Source of the DNA: Octopus sinensis
Lineage: Eukaryota
DNA length: 50,712 bases
Assembly: GCF_006345805.1 (NCBI RefSeq)
Contig: NW_021834201.1
Location: forward strand, 1-50,712
Reading direction: 5' to 3'
Positions 1 to 11,815 of the stretch are shown piece by piece (the first letter of the stretch is position 1; each line of letters starts with the position of its first letter). Both the position numbers and the translations under genes were made by a program. The notes under the pieces were generated by a model. The model had not been told where the DNA came from and ran no database searches. It saw nothing but the letters and a program-made list of their open reading frames with translations.

Positions 1-197
1 TCATTAGAAATAGCAGCTAAAAAACTTTTTAAAGCTATTTCTAATACTTAAAGAAAATCTCTCTCATATATAGTGTTTGCTAATTCAACTCACAAAACTT
101 TTGTTGAGTTGAATTAAGCAAACACTATATATGAGAGAGATTTTCTTTAAGTATTAGAAATAGCTTTAAAAAGTTTTTTAGCTGCTATTTCTAATGA
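1..197. repeat. Near-perfect palindrome (foldback/MITE-like), possibly cut by the window edge
   Basis: 1-97 is the reverse complement of 99-197 apart from two 1-nt indels; centre C98. Confidence 0.9.
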
Positions 198-239
198 GTT
201 CAGTATGCGGCAAAGTAATTTATTTTACTAGCCCTTTTA

Positions 240-315
240 TATAATATATATATATATTATATATATATGATATATATACATATACATATATGTATATATA
301 TACATATATTCATAT

Positions 316-357
<42 letters not shown>

Positions 358-527
358 CATACATTCATTCACACACACATATATATATATATTTATATAT
401 ACATACATTCATATCACACACACATATATATATATATATACATACATTCATATCATACACACACACATATATATATATATATACATACATTCATATCATA
501 CATATATATATATATATACATTCATAT

Positions 528-582
<55 letters not shown>

Positions 583-596
583 ATATATTATATATG
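240..596. repeat. Compound (AT)n/(AC)n microsatellite with a recurring CATTCATATC-like spacer
   Basis: About six units of (AT)n-ACATACATTCATATC-(AC)n. Confidence 0.9.
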
Positions 597-1139
597 GTGG
601 CGAACTAGCAAGTCGTGTAAATATATTTCTCCGAAAGTTTAGTAGAACCTCCAAGAGATCGATGTTATCAGAAGTGAATTTTGTCTGTGAAGCAAATATA
701 ATTGAAAGTGCGACAAGACACTGTATTTGAGAAGAATATTTTTGCTTTTGATGTAGTATATGCAACTAAAGTGTACCACGCGATGAACCGAACACATGTG
801 CTGAAGCCACGTGTCGAAAACCTCTGAAAAGCTACGTCCTGATATCAGATTGCTCAAATATTAAATTCGCAAGCTGATCAAAACATAAAAACAAACCATA
901 AAATATTGCATCTACGAACATCGGAAATCTATTCTTTTGTTTACAAAACGCAAGTAAGATATTGAATACGGGAACATCGAAGGTCTGTCTTTTATATCTT
1001 TCTTTCTTCTAAAACAAAGTGAAGATAAATATTCTCCCAACCAGAAGGTAAGAAAAAAAAATTATTTATTATTAATAATAGTCTATTGTATACTCTGTAA
1101 CACCAATATATCCATATCCCTCAGACCCTCTATTCCGCT

Positions 1140-1715
1140 CTCTTCTCTCTCTCTCTCTGCCATCATCTGCTGAACTTGCATTCGCTTTCTCTTTCTGCAT
1201 CTCTCCCCACCCCGCTCTCACTCAGATCAACTTTCTCGCATCTCCCCCCACCTCTCTGTCCCTCTACTTCACCCACTCTCTTTTGTATCTCTATCCCGCG
1301 CTCTCTCTCTCACTGCCTCTATGTCCCTCTACTTCACTCACTCTCTCCCTCTACCTCACTCACTCTCTCTTGTATCTCTATCCTCCCCCTCTCTTCTCAG
1401 GTCAACCCCCTTGTCTCTCTTTTCCCCCCTTCTGTCTCTACACCACGCTCTCTGTCCCTTTACTTCACTCTCTTGTACCTCTATCCCGCACTCTCGCTCC
1501 CTCTCCCCCTTTTCTCTCTGCCTTTCCTCTCCCTGCTCTTTCTAAGGTCCATCCCCTTGTCTTTCTTTTCCTCTCTGTCCCTTTACTTCTTTCTCTCTAC
1601 CACACCTCTATCCCCCTCTCTCTCCCCCTGCTGATCTGCCATTCTTTCTCTCTCATCTCAGCTCAATCCCCTTATCTTTCCTCCTCTCTCTGTTCCTCTA
1701 TTTCAATCTCACTGT
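1140..1715. repeat. CT-rich low-complexity tract with a degenerate ~45-50 bp unit
   Basis: Recurring ctctgtccctctacttcactcactctcttgtatctctatcc-like unit near 1255, 1318 and 1450. Confidence 0.75.
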
Positions 1716-1722
1716 ATCTCAA

Positions 1723-2405
1723 GTGAAGATGTCAAGGAACTGGTCTGCAAGGGAGTTGCAATTGTTTGTCCGTGCCTGGAAGATTGCTAAAGGTGACTCC
1801 CCAAACAATTTTATTGCTGTGGCGCTTAAGAGCAATGATTTCTCCAGGACCACCACCCAGATAGAGCGAAAGAAACATGAATTCCTCCGTTCATATGCTC
1901 TAATCAGGCAACACATGGACACACTGGACATCATCCTGGGAAGTGACTGCACCAGGGATGACCAAAAGGATGGAGAAAGCATCCAGGACCCAACAAAAGA
2001 CACAACTGAGAGACCTGCAACCAAGGGAAACAATGGTACATGTCCAGCTCCCAACACAACTGAAGACCAAAGAGGTGCGATGGCAGCAAAAAAGGAAAGC
2101 ATCCTAAACTCGACAGAAAACAAGAGGTAAAAGACAAGAAAACTAAAACAAACACTGTTCAGAAAAAACAGAAGAACCCCAGCAAGAGCTACAAGGGCAA
2201 AAGCAGAAACGTCTGCAAATTCTACCTGAAGGGAGACTGCTGGCATGGCGACGATGGTGCAAACTGTCGTTTTGCACATCAGAAGCCATGCCAAAACCGC
2301 ATGGACACAAGACAAAAATCCCTCCCACGAGGAGAACAAAATGAAAAAGAAAAATATCAAAGAAGGAAAAATGGCGCACTGACTACTCCTGAAAGACGAT
2401 ATGTA
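1723..2405 (+). pseudogene. Myb/SANT-like plus CCCH zinc-finger ORF in two frames, probably transposon-derived, cut by a Tc1-like insertion
   Basis: Frame A: RNWSARELQLFVRAW...FSRTTTQIERKK. The -1 frame is open 2064 to >2405 and encodes CKFYLKGDCWHGDDGANCRFAH (C-x7-C-x8-C-x3-H). Confidence 0.6.
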
Positions 2406-2968
2406 CACTTGCGTCGGAAATTAATTAGCACTTCTCAAATTTCTACATTTTCTTACATTTTCTTAATTTAATTAACTTATTATCAGAAACGAACTCGTTT
2501 TTAATCAAAATTTTATTAAAACATATCCCAGCACACCACATAATTGTTATTAATCGTGAAATTTAGTCAATATCTTGTTTGCTCCTCCTTTGGCAGCAAT
2601 GACAGCTGTACGCGGGTCGGCATGCTGTCTATGAGTGCTGCAGGTACTGTGCAGGATGGCCCCATCATGCAGCAAGAAGTGCCCCAAACAGCTCGTGTCG
2701 GTTCTGTATTGCTGCACATTCAAATCCCTACCCAATCGCTCCAGAGGTTCTCATAGGGTTCAGGTCAGGTGACTTGCCAGCACGTACTCCTCGCCACCAA
2801 AGAGGTATCCCGTACTATCTCAACGTACTTTGCAGCGTTGATGTTGCCTTCGACGGCATAGAGCCGCCCAACACCACTGTAGCTGAACGCCCCTCACACC
2901 ATCAGACCACCCCCACCATGCTTCATGGTGAGCAAATCAAGGGTGCTAATTAATTTCTGACAGTAGTG
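2406..2968 (-). mobile_element. Internally deleted Tc1-like DNA transposon
   Basis: 26-bp TIRs (cacttgcgtcggaaattaattagcac / cactactgtcagaaattaattagcac), TA on both flanks; minus-strand remnants like MKHGGGGLMV and SPDLNP. Confidence 0.85.
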
Positions 2969-3073
2969 TATATGTATGTATATATATAAATCCTTAAAAA
3001 TGTTTTGTGTATATATACACAAATATATATATACATATATATACACATATATACATACACACATATATATATA

Positions 3074-3350
3074 TCATCATCATCATTTAGCGTCTGTTTT
3101 CCATGCTAGCATGGGTTGGATGGTTCAACTGGGGTCTGTGAAGCCGGAAGGCTTCATCAGGCCCAGTCAGATCTGGCAGTGTTTCTACAACTGGATGCCC
3201 TTCCTAACGCCAACCACTCCGTGAGTGTAGTGGGTGCTTTTTACGTGCCAGACAGAGCTGGTAAACGGCCATGAACGGATGGTGCTTTTACGTGTCACCG
3301 GCACGGGGGCCAGGCGAGGTTGGCAACGGATACGAACGGATGGTGCTTTC
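3074..3350 (-). mobile_element. Non-autonomous retroelement carrying the RTE 3' tail
   Basis: Reverse complement of 18160-18485, with a (TGA)n tail. Confidence 0.85.
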
Positions 3351-3714
3351 AATCATTTATATTATGATTTTTATAATTTGTATTCTTATCTTATATGTAT
3401 TGAATTATAAGATATATATGTATGCTTTTAAGGTTCTCATTTTGTTAAATGAATAAATAATTCAACATTCTAATATCCGAAAGTTGATGAACAAACTAAA
3501 TTGTTTCTCCATTTTCTTATTTGTATTATAAATTAATAGCAAAATATTTCTTTACCTTCACCCATTTAATACAATAAATAAGTTAATTGCATTGCAATTA
3601 AAAACATTTATGTATTAAGAATTTGGGTACTTTACCAACAGTATATTGGATAAATACTATCCCTTAGTGGGTTGCACCCATAACCCCTAACTTACTTTGT
3701 TTTATATATATATA

Positions 3715-3931
3715 CCTACCTTTTATCTTTTACTTGTTTTAGTCATTAGAATGCAGTTATGCTGGGACACCACCTTGAAGAGTTTTCAGCCAAATGAATT
3801 GACCCCAGTGTTTTTTTTTTATTTTTAACCTGGTACTTATTCTATCCAGCTCTTTTGCCAAACTGCTTAGTTATAGGGACATAAACAAACCAACACCTGT
3901 TGACAAGCAGTGGTGGGGCACAAACACAGAC

Positions 3932-3984
<53 letters not shown>

Positions 3985-4140
3985 AGGCTTTTTTCAGTTT
4001 CCATCTAACAACTCCAGTCACAAGGCTTTGGTTGGCCTTACACAATAGTAGAAGACACTTGCTCAAGGTGGCATGCAGCGAGAATGAACCTGAAACCATG
4101 TAGTTGGGAAGCAAATGTCTTAACCATACAGCCACACCTC
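3715..4140 (-). mobile_element. SINE-like element with tRNA-like head, interrupted by (TA)n
   Basis: Minus-strand head ggtgtggctgtatggttaagac...; related copies near 7745-8115, 12400-12690, 47020-47300 and 48610-48990. Confidence 0.65.
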
Positions 4141-4208
4141 TAGTTTTACATATATGCATTTGAGAAATTATGATAAATGTGAGTGTATGTATGTTATACA
4201 CACACACA

Positions 4209-5452
4209 CAGGTGTTGGACAAAATAATGGAAACACCTTAAAATTTCTAACAAATCTATTTTAATATGGAGTAGGACTGCCTTTGGCAGTAATTACAGCT
4301 TGAATTCTATGAGGTATGGACTCGACAAAGTTTGAATTGTTTCCAAAGGAATTTTTGTCTATTCTTCAGCTAAAACAGTCTCCAGTTCTTGTAGTGATGA
4401 TGGTGGAGGATATCAACTCCTCCATTGTTTTTCTAAAATGCACCATAAATGTTCAATAATGTTGAGATCTGGGGACTGTGGTGGCCAGATAAGATGTTCA
4501 ACTTCACTAGAATGTTCCTCATACCATTTAGTAACAACTTTAGCTGTGTGAATTGGTGCAATATCATCCTGAAAGATTGCATTTCCCTCAGGAAACAGTT
4601 CCGTAACCATAAGATGAATTTGATCAGATAAAACGCTTAAATAGGCTTGACTATTAATTTTACCATGAAAGGAAACCATTGGGCCAGTGGATTTCCAAGA
4701 TATAGACACCCTCCCCATCATCACAGATCCTCCTCCATGTTTAACAGTTGGAAGAGGGCAGTCTGGGTCAAATGCTTCTTTTGGCTGTCACCACACGTAT
4801 ACTTGGCCGGTGGTTGGAAATAAGGTAAAGGATGACTCGTCTGAGAAAATAACATTCTTCTACTGCTCCAGGGACCAATTCTGTAGGTTTTTACTCCACT
4901 CTAAATACTTTGCAACGTTTGTTTTTAAAAGCAATGGTTTTCTGATTGCAGCTCTCTTATGAAATCCGGCTTCATGCAGCTTCCAGCAAACAGTTTTTGT
5001 GGAAACTGGGTTCTCGAGGTAGTCATTAAGCTCTGCAGTAATTTTGGGAGCTGTACTTTTATGATCCTTTCTAACCATTCGCATAAGAGTCCGACGGTCC
5101 TTATCTGAAAGTTTTGGTTTTCTTCTGGAGTTTTGTTTCGACGAGGAGGTTTTTTCCCTCTTTCTCAAAGGCTGTCATTACTTTCGAGACAGTACTTCTT
5201 GATACACCAAACATTTTGGTTGTTTTCGTTACACTAGTGCTTGCCATATGAGCACCAACAATTTGACTGCTTTGAAAATCTGATTTTAATTACCTTTTCC
5301 TGATATTTGAAAAGAAACAGCAATTTTAGCAAAACATATTAAGCAACACTACTAATAAATCAAAAAACATAAAAATAAACAAGCTTTTGACTGTTTTATA
5401 GATATTTCAAAATCATGATGTTAGGTGTTTCCATTATTTTGTCCAACTCCTG
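4209..5452 (-). mobile_element. Full-length but degenerate Tc1 transposon
   Basis: 30-bp TIRs CAGG(T/A)GTTGGACAAAATAATGGAAACACCT, TA after the right end; fragments FQDDIAPIH and WPPQSPDLNIIEHLW; in-frame stops. Confidence 0.92.
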
Positions 5453-5556
5453 TACATGCACGCGCATTCTCTCTCACTCACTCACACACACACAATCATG
5501 CTAATAGCTTAGGAGTTAAATTTAAGATTTCTCAGTTTTCTGTGAATCAATTTTGA

Positions 5557-6942
5557 TAAAACTTTTCTCAGCTGGTTTGTACACTATGGCAACACCATCA
5601 TTATGTTTTCATTATTCTGTTTAATGTCCTTTCTTTTTTATTTCAGATCTTCAGTTTTTGGGTGAACCATGCTAGTAGCACATCTAGACATTTGTTTTTG
5701 AGAAAATGAAGGGTAATGATACATATTAAGCAAGTATTGAGTATATATTTTAAAGAAACCATGATAATATTATAACATCTATTGACATAATGGATTATTT
5801 AGTTACATGAGTAACATTGCAATGGATAACTTCAAAAACCCTATTAGTCATGGAATCTGTCAATTCCTTAACAGTAGCAGGTTGGACTACCTCTGCTGCA
5901 GCTTTGATGGTTGCTAATAAGACATCCTTCGATATAAATTGGTGTCCATCGGCATAAACATCTTGTTTAATGATGGACCAAAGATTTTTCCATAGGGCCG
6001 AGGTGCGGAGATGCTGGTGGCCACAACATCAACCTTTTACCTTGTATGCTGTAAGACCTTCGTAATGTTTAGGTGGTCCTAACAGAGTGGGAGGGAGCAT
6101 TGTCATGCATGAATACAAGATTCCTTAGAAGTGACAGTGCTGTCATCTAGCCAGGGATCCAAGACCTCCTTCAGGAGATTGCAGTAGGTGGTTGCAGTCA
6201 ATATAACCCCTTCAGGCACCCTGACTGGGCCAACAAGCCTGTCCCCAATGATACCAGCTCAAAACATGACTCCACCCTGTTGTTGATGTTGTAAACATTG
6301 GTGACGCTCATCTCCAAAACTGACCCAACCATTTGCCCAACTGTCAGATCCATCAGGGTCACCCTGGTTTCGCCAGTGAACAGAACACAACTCATGTCTA
6401 ACATCATGTACTTTTGGGGCCATTGAAGTCTCAAACTCCTGTGATGGGGCGTTAAAGGAGGCAGTTTCAGGGGTTCTCGTATGGAAGTTATGGTCCTGAG
6501 GATGCAATTTCTGGTGGTTTTCAATACACAAGGAAGTCTGGAGGTGGTGAAAATGGCTTTGCTTGTTTATCCAGGTTTCCCACGTAACTTGCAGTCAATA
6601 TTCCTTAAATCCCAAGCTGTCACAGTCTTGGAAGTTCCACAATCGGATTGTTTCTTCTTTGGTAAAGGGTCCTTCAGGAATTGTCTAACCATGTCTACAT
6701 GATGACCCAATTTTTCCGCATTGACATGAAGAGAGGTACTTTTAGCACTTTCCTTGATCACAGACTTTTCATCATTAAGGCCTTTTCCACGTCCCATTGT
6801 GCTTAGAGAAGAGAGACGCTATTAGTGTGGTTCACCCAAAAAACTGAAGAATCTGAAGTAAAAAAGAAAGGATGTTACACAGAATAATGAAAACATAACA
6901 ATCGTGTTGCCATAGTGTGCAAACCAGCTGGGAAAAGTTTTA
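5557..6942 (-). mobile_element. Degenerate DD37E (TRT-like) Tc1-superfamily transposon with ~120-bp inverted repeats
   Basis: IRs at 5557-5679 and 6818-6942; ATG at 6797 (MGRGKGL); DGSDSWANGW motif; 37 residues between the D of HDNAPSH and the E of GPME. Confidence 0.8.
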
Positions 6943-7329
6943 GGAGTAAATAATTAAATAAATAAACTATAAATTTTTATCAGGTTAGAGTGAATTATAA
7001 CATAGGGATGAAATATATACTGTAGTAAATGATAGAATAAAATAAATATGTTGAGTAAAGAAATCTAAAAAGGTAAAGATAAAAATTTAGTTTAACTAGT
7101 ATTTCATCATAATAGGTTTTAAGTAAGTCATAAGCTATGTAAAAAGCATTAGGGTTGGGGGCCATATGTAAAAAGCATTAGGGTTGGGGGCCATATAATA
7201 AGCATTAGGAAAGGCATCCAGCTGTAGTAACCATACCAAAACAGTTATGGAGCCCAGCTCCTGTCAAACTGTCCAACTCATGCCAGCATAGAAAACAGAC
7301 ATTACATGATGATGAGATATATGCACTCT

Positions 7330-7700
7330 CTAACACCAACCACTTTAGAGAGTATACTGGGTGCTTTTACATGGCACCAGCACCCACATTAGGATCACTC
7401 AGCTGAAGAGGGATTCAGGGGACATACCTGTATGCAAAGACAACCATGATTTTATTTGGCTTGACAGGTCTTCTGAAGCAAGACAAACTACCAGAAGTCT
7501 TGGTCCCATCATCCCCTCCGTGAGGGCCAATGGGTGAAGATCCTTTTTCACTTCTTCCCGGGTCTACCCCTTCCGGTTAGAGATTGGCACTTCTTGATAC
7601 AGCTGTCTTCATTCATGTGCATGACTGTACCAGCACAATCTTCTCTCTTACCACATTTCATGGCTTGTATATCCGGGTTTTCTCTCAAATGTACATGTAA
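7330..7700 (-). mobile_element. Degenerate RTE LINE 3' fragment
   Basis: Minus strand resembles the end of the 15126-17879 ORF (gatgaagacagctgtatcaagaagtgcc...ggtagacccgggaag). Confidence 0.65.
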
Positions 7701-7744
7701 GTTTGTGCAAGTAGGTACGGTTAGACATTTATGTATTTATATTT

Positions 7745-8115
7745 ATGGGTGTGTACATCCATTACTTTTCTCTCTTTTATCTATTACTTGTTTCAGTCAT
7801 TGGATGGCAGCCATGCTGGGATACTGCCTTAAAGGGTTTAGTTGAACAAATTGACCCCAGGACTTGTTTTTAAGGCTGGTACTCAGTCTACTGGTCTTTT
7901 TGTTAAACAGCTAAGTTATGGCGTTGTAAACAAACCAACACAGGCTGTCAAGTGGTGGTGGGGTATAAATATAAAGACACACACAGAGAATAGGCTTCTT
8001 TGAGTTTCCATTTACCTAAACCACTCACAAGGCTATAATAGAAGACACTTGCCCAAGATGTCATGCAGTGGGAGTGAATATAAAACCAGGTTTCTTACTA
8101 TACAGCCATGCCTGC
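7745..8115 (-). mobile_element. SINE-like copy (family of 3715-4140)
   Basis: Shares ttgaccccag, gaagacacttgcccaag and cagccatgcctgcacc blocks with 3715-4140. Confidence 0.65.
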
Positions 8116-8717
8116 ACCTACATTGGTATTTTACATACCTGTTTATTTAGAGCTTTTTTCTTCTTTCTCTTTGTCTTAATGTATTTAAATCAGTAATGGT
8201 TTTCTGATTAGCACAACATAACATTCTTGATTTGGATACACACAGTTTACAAATTAAATTATGTATCACAATTATGAAATTATACATTTAATAAAGTTTA
8301 TCTTAATGAAACAGCTGTTGAACACAGAGTATGTTGCTCTTAAAAATCATTATAGCTGATTATGTAAATACATGCAAGTTAGTCTGACCTGGGATTTATT
8401 ACACTCTTAAAGTTGATTTTTTTATGCTTACATATAAATAAATAAATAAATATATATATATAGATATAGATACACACATACATAAATACATATACATAGA
8501 TTCTGCAAACCAGATCACCTCATAAGGCTATGGTCAGCCTGGGGCTGTAGAAGACACTTGCTCAAGGTACAGCAGAGAGAGAAGAGAACCCAAAAATTGT
8601 GATGACAAAGTACAGTTCTCAATTACACAGCTATGCCTGTACCTATAGTTTTGTTCGGACCAGGACGATAGTAAGAGAGGTTTGCCTTGGTGCAGTACAG
8701 TATATGCACACATACAC

Positions 8718-8777
<60 letters not shown>

Positions 8778-9919
8778 CTTGTACACAAATATACACACAT
8801 ATACATACCTATACACACATATACACAGGTACAAGTCTGTATTTGTGTGTATACAAACATATGTTGCCATTTGTAAATGAAAGTGGAAGATAGTTCTTAT
8901 GATGTGGTGAAAATTTTATTCAAATATTTATTTAAACTGGCATTGTGGTCACTTCTCTAATTTCACACTGTGATCTTTCTGGTGACCTGGAAGACCGTAG
9001 AGTGTTTAAAGTCAAATAGCCACCAAAATTTTAGTTTAAATAAATATGTTTTTAGAAGAAAAGCAATAAATAAGAAACAGAAGAATATGATATCAATTTG
9101 ATAAATATTGCATGTTATCTTACATTCATGTTTACTGAACTTTAAAACTATCTACATGTAATCACATGCAGATTTCTGCAAATAAATATATTTACAGCCA
9201 TTTCTGCATATACACATGTAAGATAAATTATTTAATTAAACTGTTATGCATTAATACATGAAATTTATATGAGCATGTATAACAGATGCATTTGTACAGA
9301 CGTACACATTCAACAGTCACCACAAATCACATACGATATATCGCAATCAATGTATGTTGAAAATATGTTGAATTATTTTTATTAAGAGTTTTAAGAAAAT
9401 GGACATTAAAGCTGAAAATATTGGGAATTAAGTAGAAAGTAGTAAGATGCAGTACCTGATGCACAGGCAGTTAGAAGTATAAGAAAGTGTTAAGATTTTT
9501 ATAGTCACACTTAATGATATATTCACCTTAGATGTACCAATATATAAAGACTAAATAAATAATGATAGATATATTGTTATTTTAGTATCAAAGTATTTTT
9601 AACAAAAATTCCACTAATTACAGCAGGTGAGCAAAATCATATCAGCATGATAATGCAAAACTGAGTTGAATTTAGCTAATACTGATAACTGAAAATATTT
9701 GTTTGTAAGTTTTCTGGAGATGTCAGTACAAATTTTTTCTGATCAATTTTCCAAATGGTACAGATGGTTTTCATCACATTAAATCCTGAAAATACTTTTT
9801 GGTATACAGACAATGGTAGCTTGTTGATGACTGTTGGGGAAGATCGTCTTGTTTTAATGCCTTCTCTCATGATTGACACAGGAGCATTGTTAATCAAAAC
9901 TTAAAGAACATAAGTGAGT

Positions 9920-10215
9920 TTAGGAATAGAAATCATAGGTGCTATCAGGTTCTGTTTGTTCGGTGGGTGTTTTTTCTGTATGCGTTGGTGACAAACTAGT
10001 GTCTTTATCTTTAGGAACCTCTTTTGGAAGCTCATATAATGCACTGTCAGCTCGCATAGGTTGTGGTTGGTAAAGTACTAATGCCATTGACTGAGTTCTT
10101 GATTCATTTTTTTCAATATTTTGAGTTGTTTCTGTGAGTGATGAAGGACTGTGTGATACGGAATCAATAAAATGGTAACTGGACTTATCAGGAATCTTGA
10201 AGGAAATGTTAGTAT
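9920..10215 (-). CDS. USP exon 16 (last; C-terminal tail and stop)
   Basis: Acceptor tttgtttttcag, phase 1, 98 codons ending STYDFYS-TAA. Confidence 0.8.
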
Positions 10216-10599
10216 CTGAAAAACAAAGTTTTCATAAGTGAATATCACAGAAATAAAATGATAAAATGATCACATTGGAATTCAAACCTTACTACAAATA
10301 CTATTGCACACCAAAGCAAGACAGCTAATTGCATCTTACCTAATCTGCCTAAATCAAATTAACTAAAATGAGTATTAAGTAGTTGGAAGTGGCTTACTTC
10401 AGTAATTTGGTTGGTTTTGAAAATGGGTAGTTTTACACAACACTAAATAACTTGCCACTGGTGATAGCTATGTGTTTTTATACACACAAAAAAAAACCCA
10501 TAGAGTTTTTCACACTTGGTAAACATCACAGTATGTGTTCTAATGCAGTATTTGAGTGTTCTAATACAACATCCACCTTTAAGTGGTGAATATATATAC

Positions 10600-10790
10600 A
10601 TACATATATATTTTTTCAATTTCTCTCTCTATTTTTCCCTCTCATCCCTTTCTGTTGAAGAGTGTAGGCTTGTAACATCAAAGACCTTTCCATTTTCCCT
10701 GAGCATCAAACCAATATACCTGCTTGTTATTCTATCACCTGTCTCCATTTTTTGTTTTCAGTTCATTTGAACCATACATGTGTATCATCT
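10600..10790 (+). repeat. Dispersed repeat, second copy at ~31280-31410
   Basis: Shared cctttctgttga...taggct...aagacc...ttttc(c)ctgagcatcaaac.aata. Confidence 0.6.
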
Positions 10791-11224
10791 GGAAACTTAA
10801 GGATGAGAATGCCAGGTACATCAAATGGAAGATTCTTTCTAAGACCAAACAGTACATTAATGGTTAAAAAAAATGCTCCATATGCTGGCTTGAAAAACTG
10901 CATCCTTTAAAAATCTTAAGAGCCTCCTGTTATTATGTCAATACCAGGAATGAGATTTTTTCTTTGTTTCTGCATTTTACAAAAGACATCTTAGCAGAAA
11001 TTAAGGATAAACAACCTGACACTTTATAAACCATTCCACTCTTGGTTTATGTAATTTTTGATATTTGTAAGACACTAGTTATATTTACTGTGAAGTTAAT
11101 TCCCTTACCAGTGTTTTTGATTTTTTCTTTATCAATTTGACAAATGGTGAAATAAATTAATATTTCAGCCAGGAAAACTTGGGGTAGCTTTCTGAGGTTT
11201 TTTACTATAATAATATATGCATGG

Positions 11225-11261
<37 letters not shown>

Positions 11262-11299
11262 AATAAATATATAAAAGGAAATTGATCCAGGCAGATATC

Positions 11300-11815
11300 A
11301 ATAAAGCATTTGGTTTTAAATGAATTTGGTTAACTATACCAAAAAATCAGACACCAATAAATGCAAGTAGAATACACATCCAAGGTAATTCCTTATGTAT
11401 GACAAGTAGATCCAAATATCATTTGTAAGAATTTTGAGAAGTTCAGAGTATTAGACAATAAAAATACAAAATGTAGAATTGCCAATATTGTACAACGACG
11501 CATAACTAATAATGGACCCTTTTAAATGTTCTTATCTTTAAAATCCCAAATGCATTTATTAAGATTTGTAAAGTTACCTTTTCTTCTATACCTAAATTGT
11601 AGCAGACGAACCTATGTACCCCTATTATTATCTCACATTGATACACTATATTTCTCCTTAAACACTGATTTTCTAAAGGACAGATAATTTTGTTTTTACA
11701 ATTACACAGGTATTTATTCACTTCTATTTGATACTCATGCTTAAAAGAATTAATACTAATCCCTCTCTCAGAATTGGGTGTTAAAGCAGGATTATTATTA
11801 GTATTATAATTAACT
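11300..11815. mobile_element. Penelope-like element fragment (GIY-YIG region on minus strand)
   Basis: CNCKNKIICPLENQCLRRNIVYQC resembles the Cys-rich start of PLE endonucleases; inverted homolog at 29340-30410. Confidence 0.6.

Noticed and set aside
267-765. ORFs rich in I/Y/H/T or C/V (also 8534-8893, 2976-3224, 19969-20151)
   Set aside because: Translations of (AT)n/(AC)n microsatellites.
1176-1726. Leu/Ser/Pro-rich ORFs
   Set aside because: CT-rich tracts cannot easily form stop codons; no domain signal.
1719-2408. 229-aa hydrophobic minus-strand ORF
   Set aside because: Antisense shadow of an A-rich plus-strand frame that carries the recognisable motifs.
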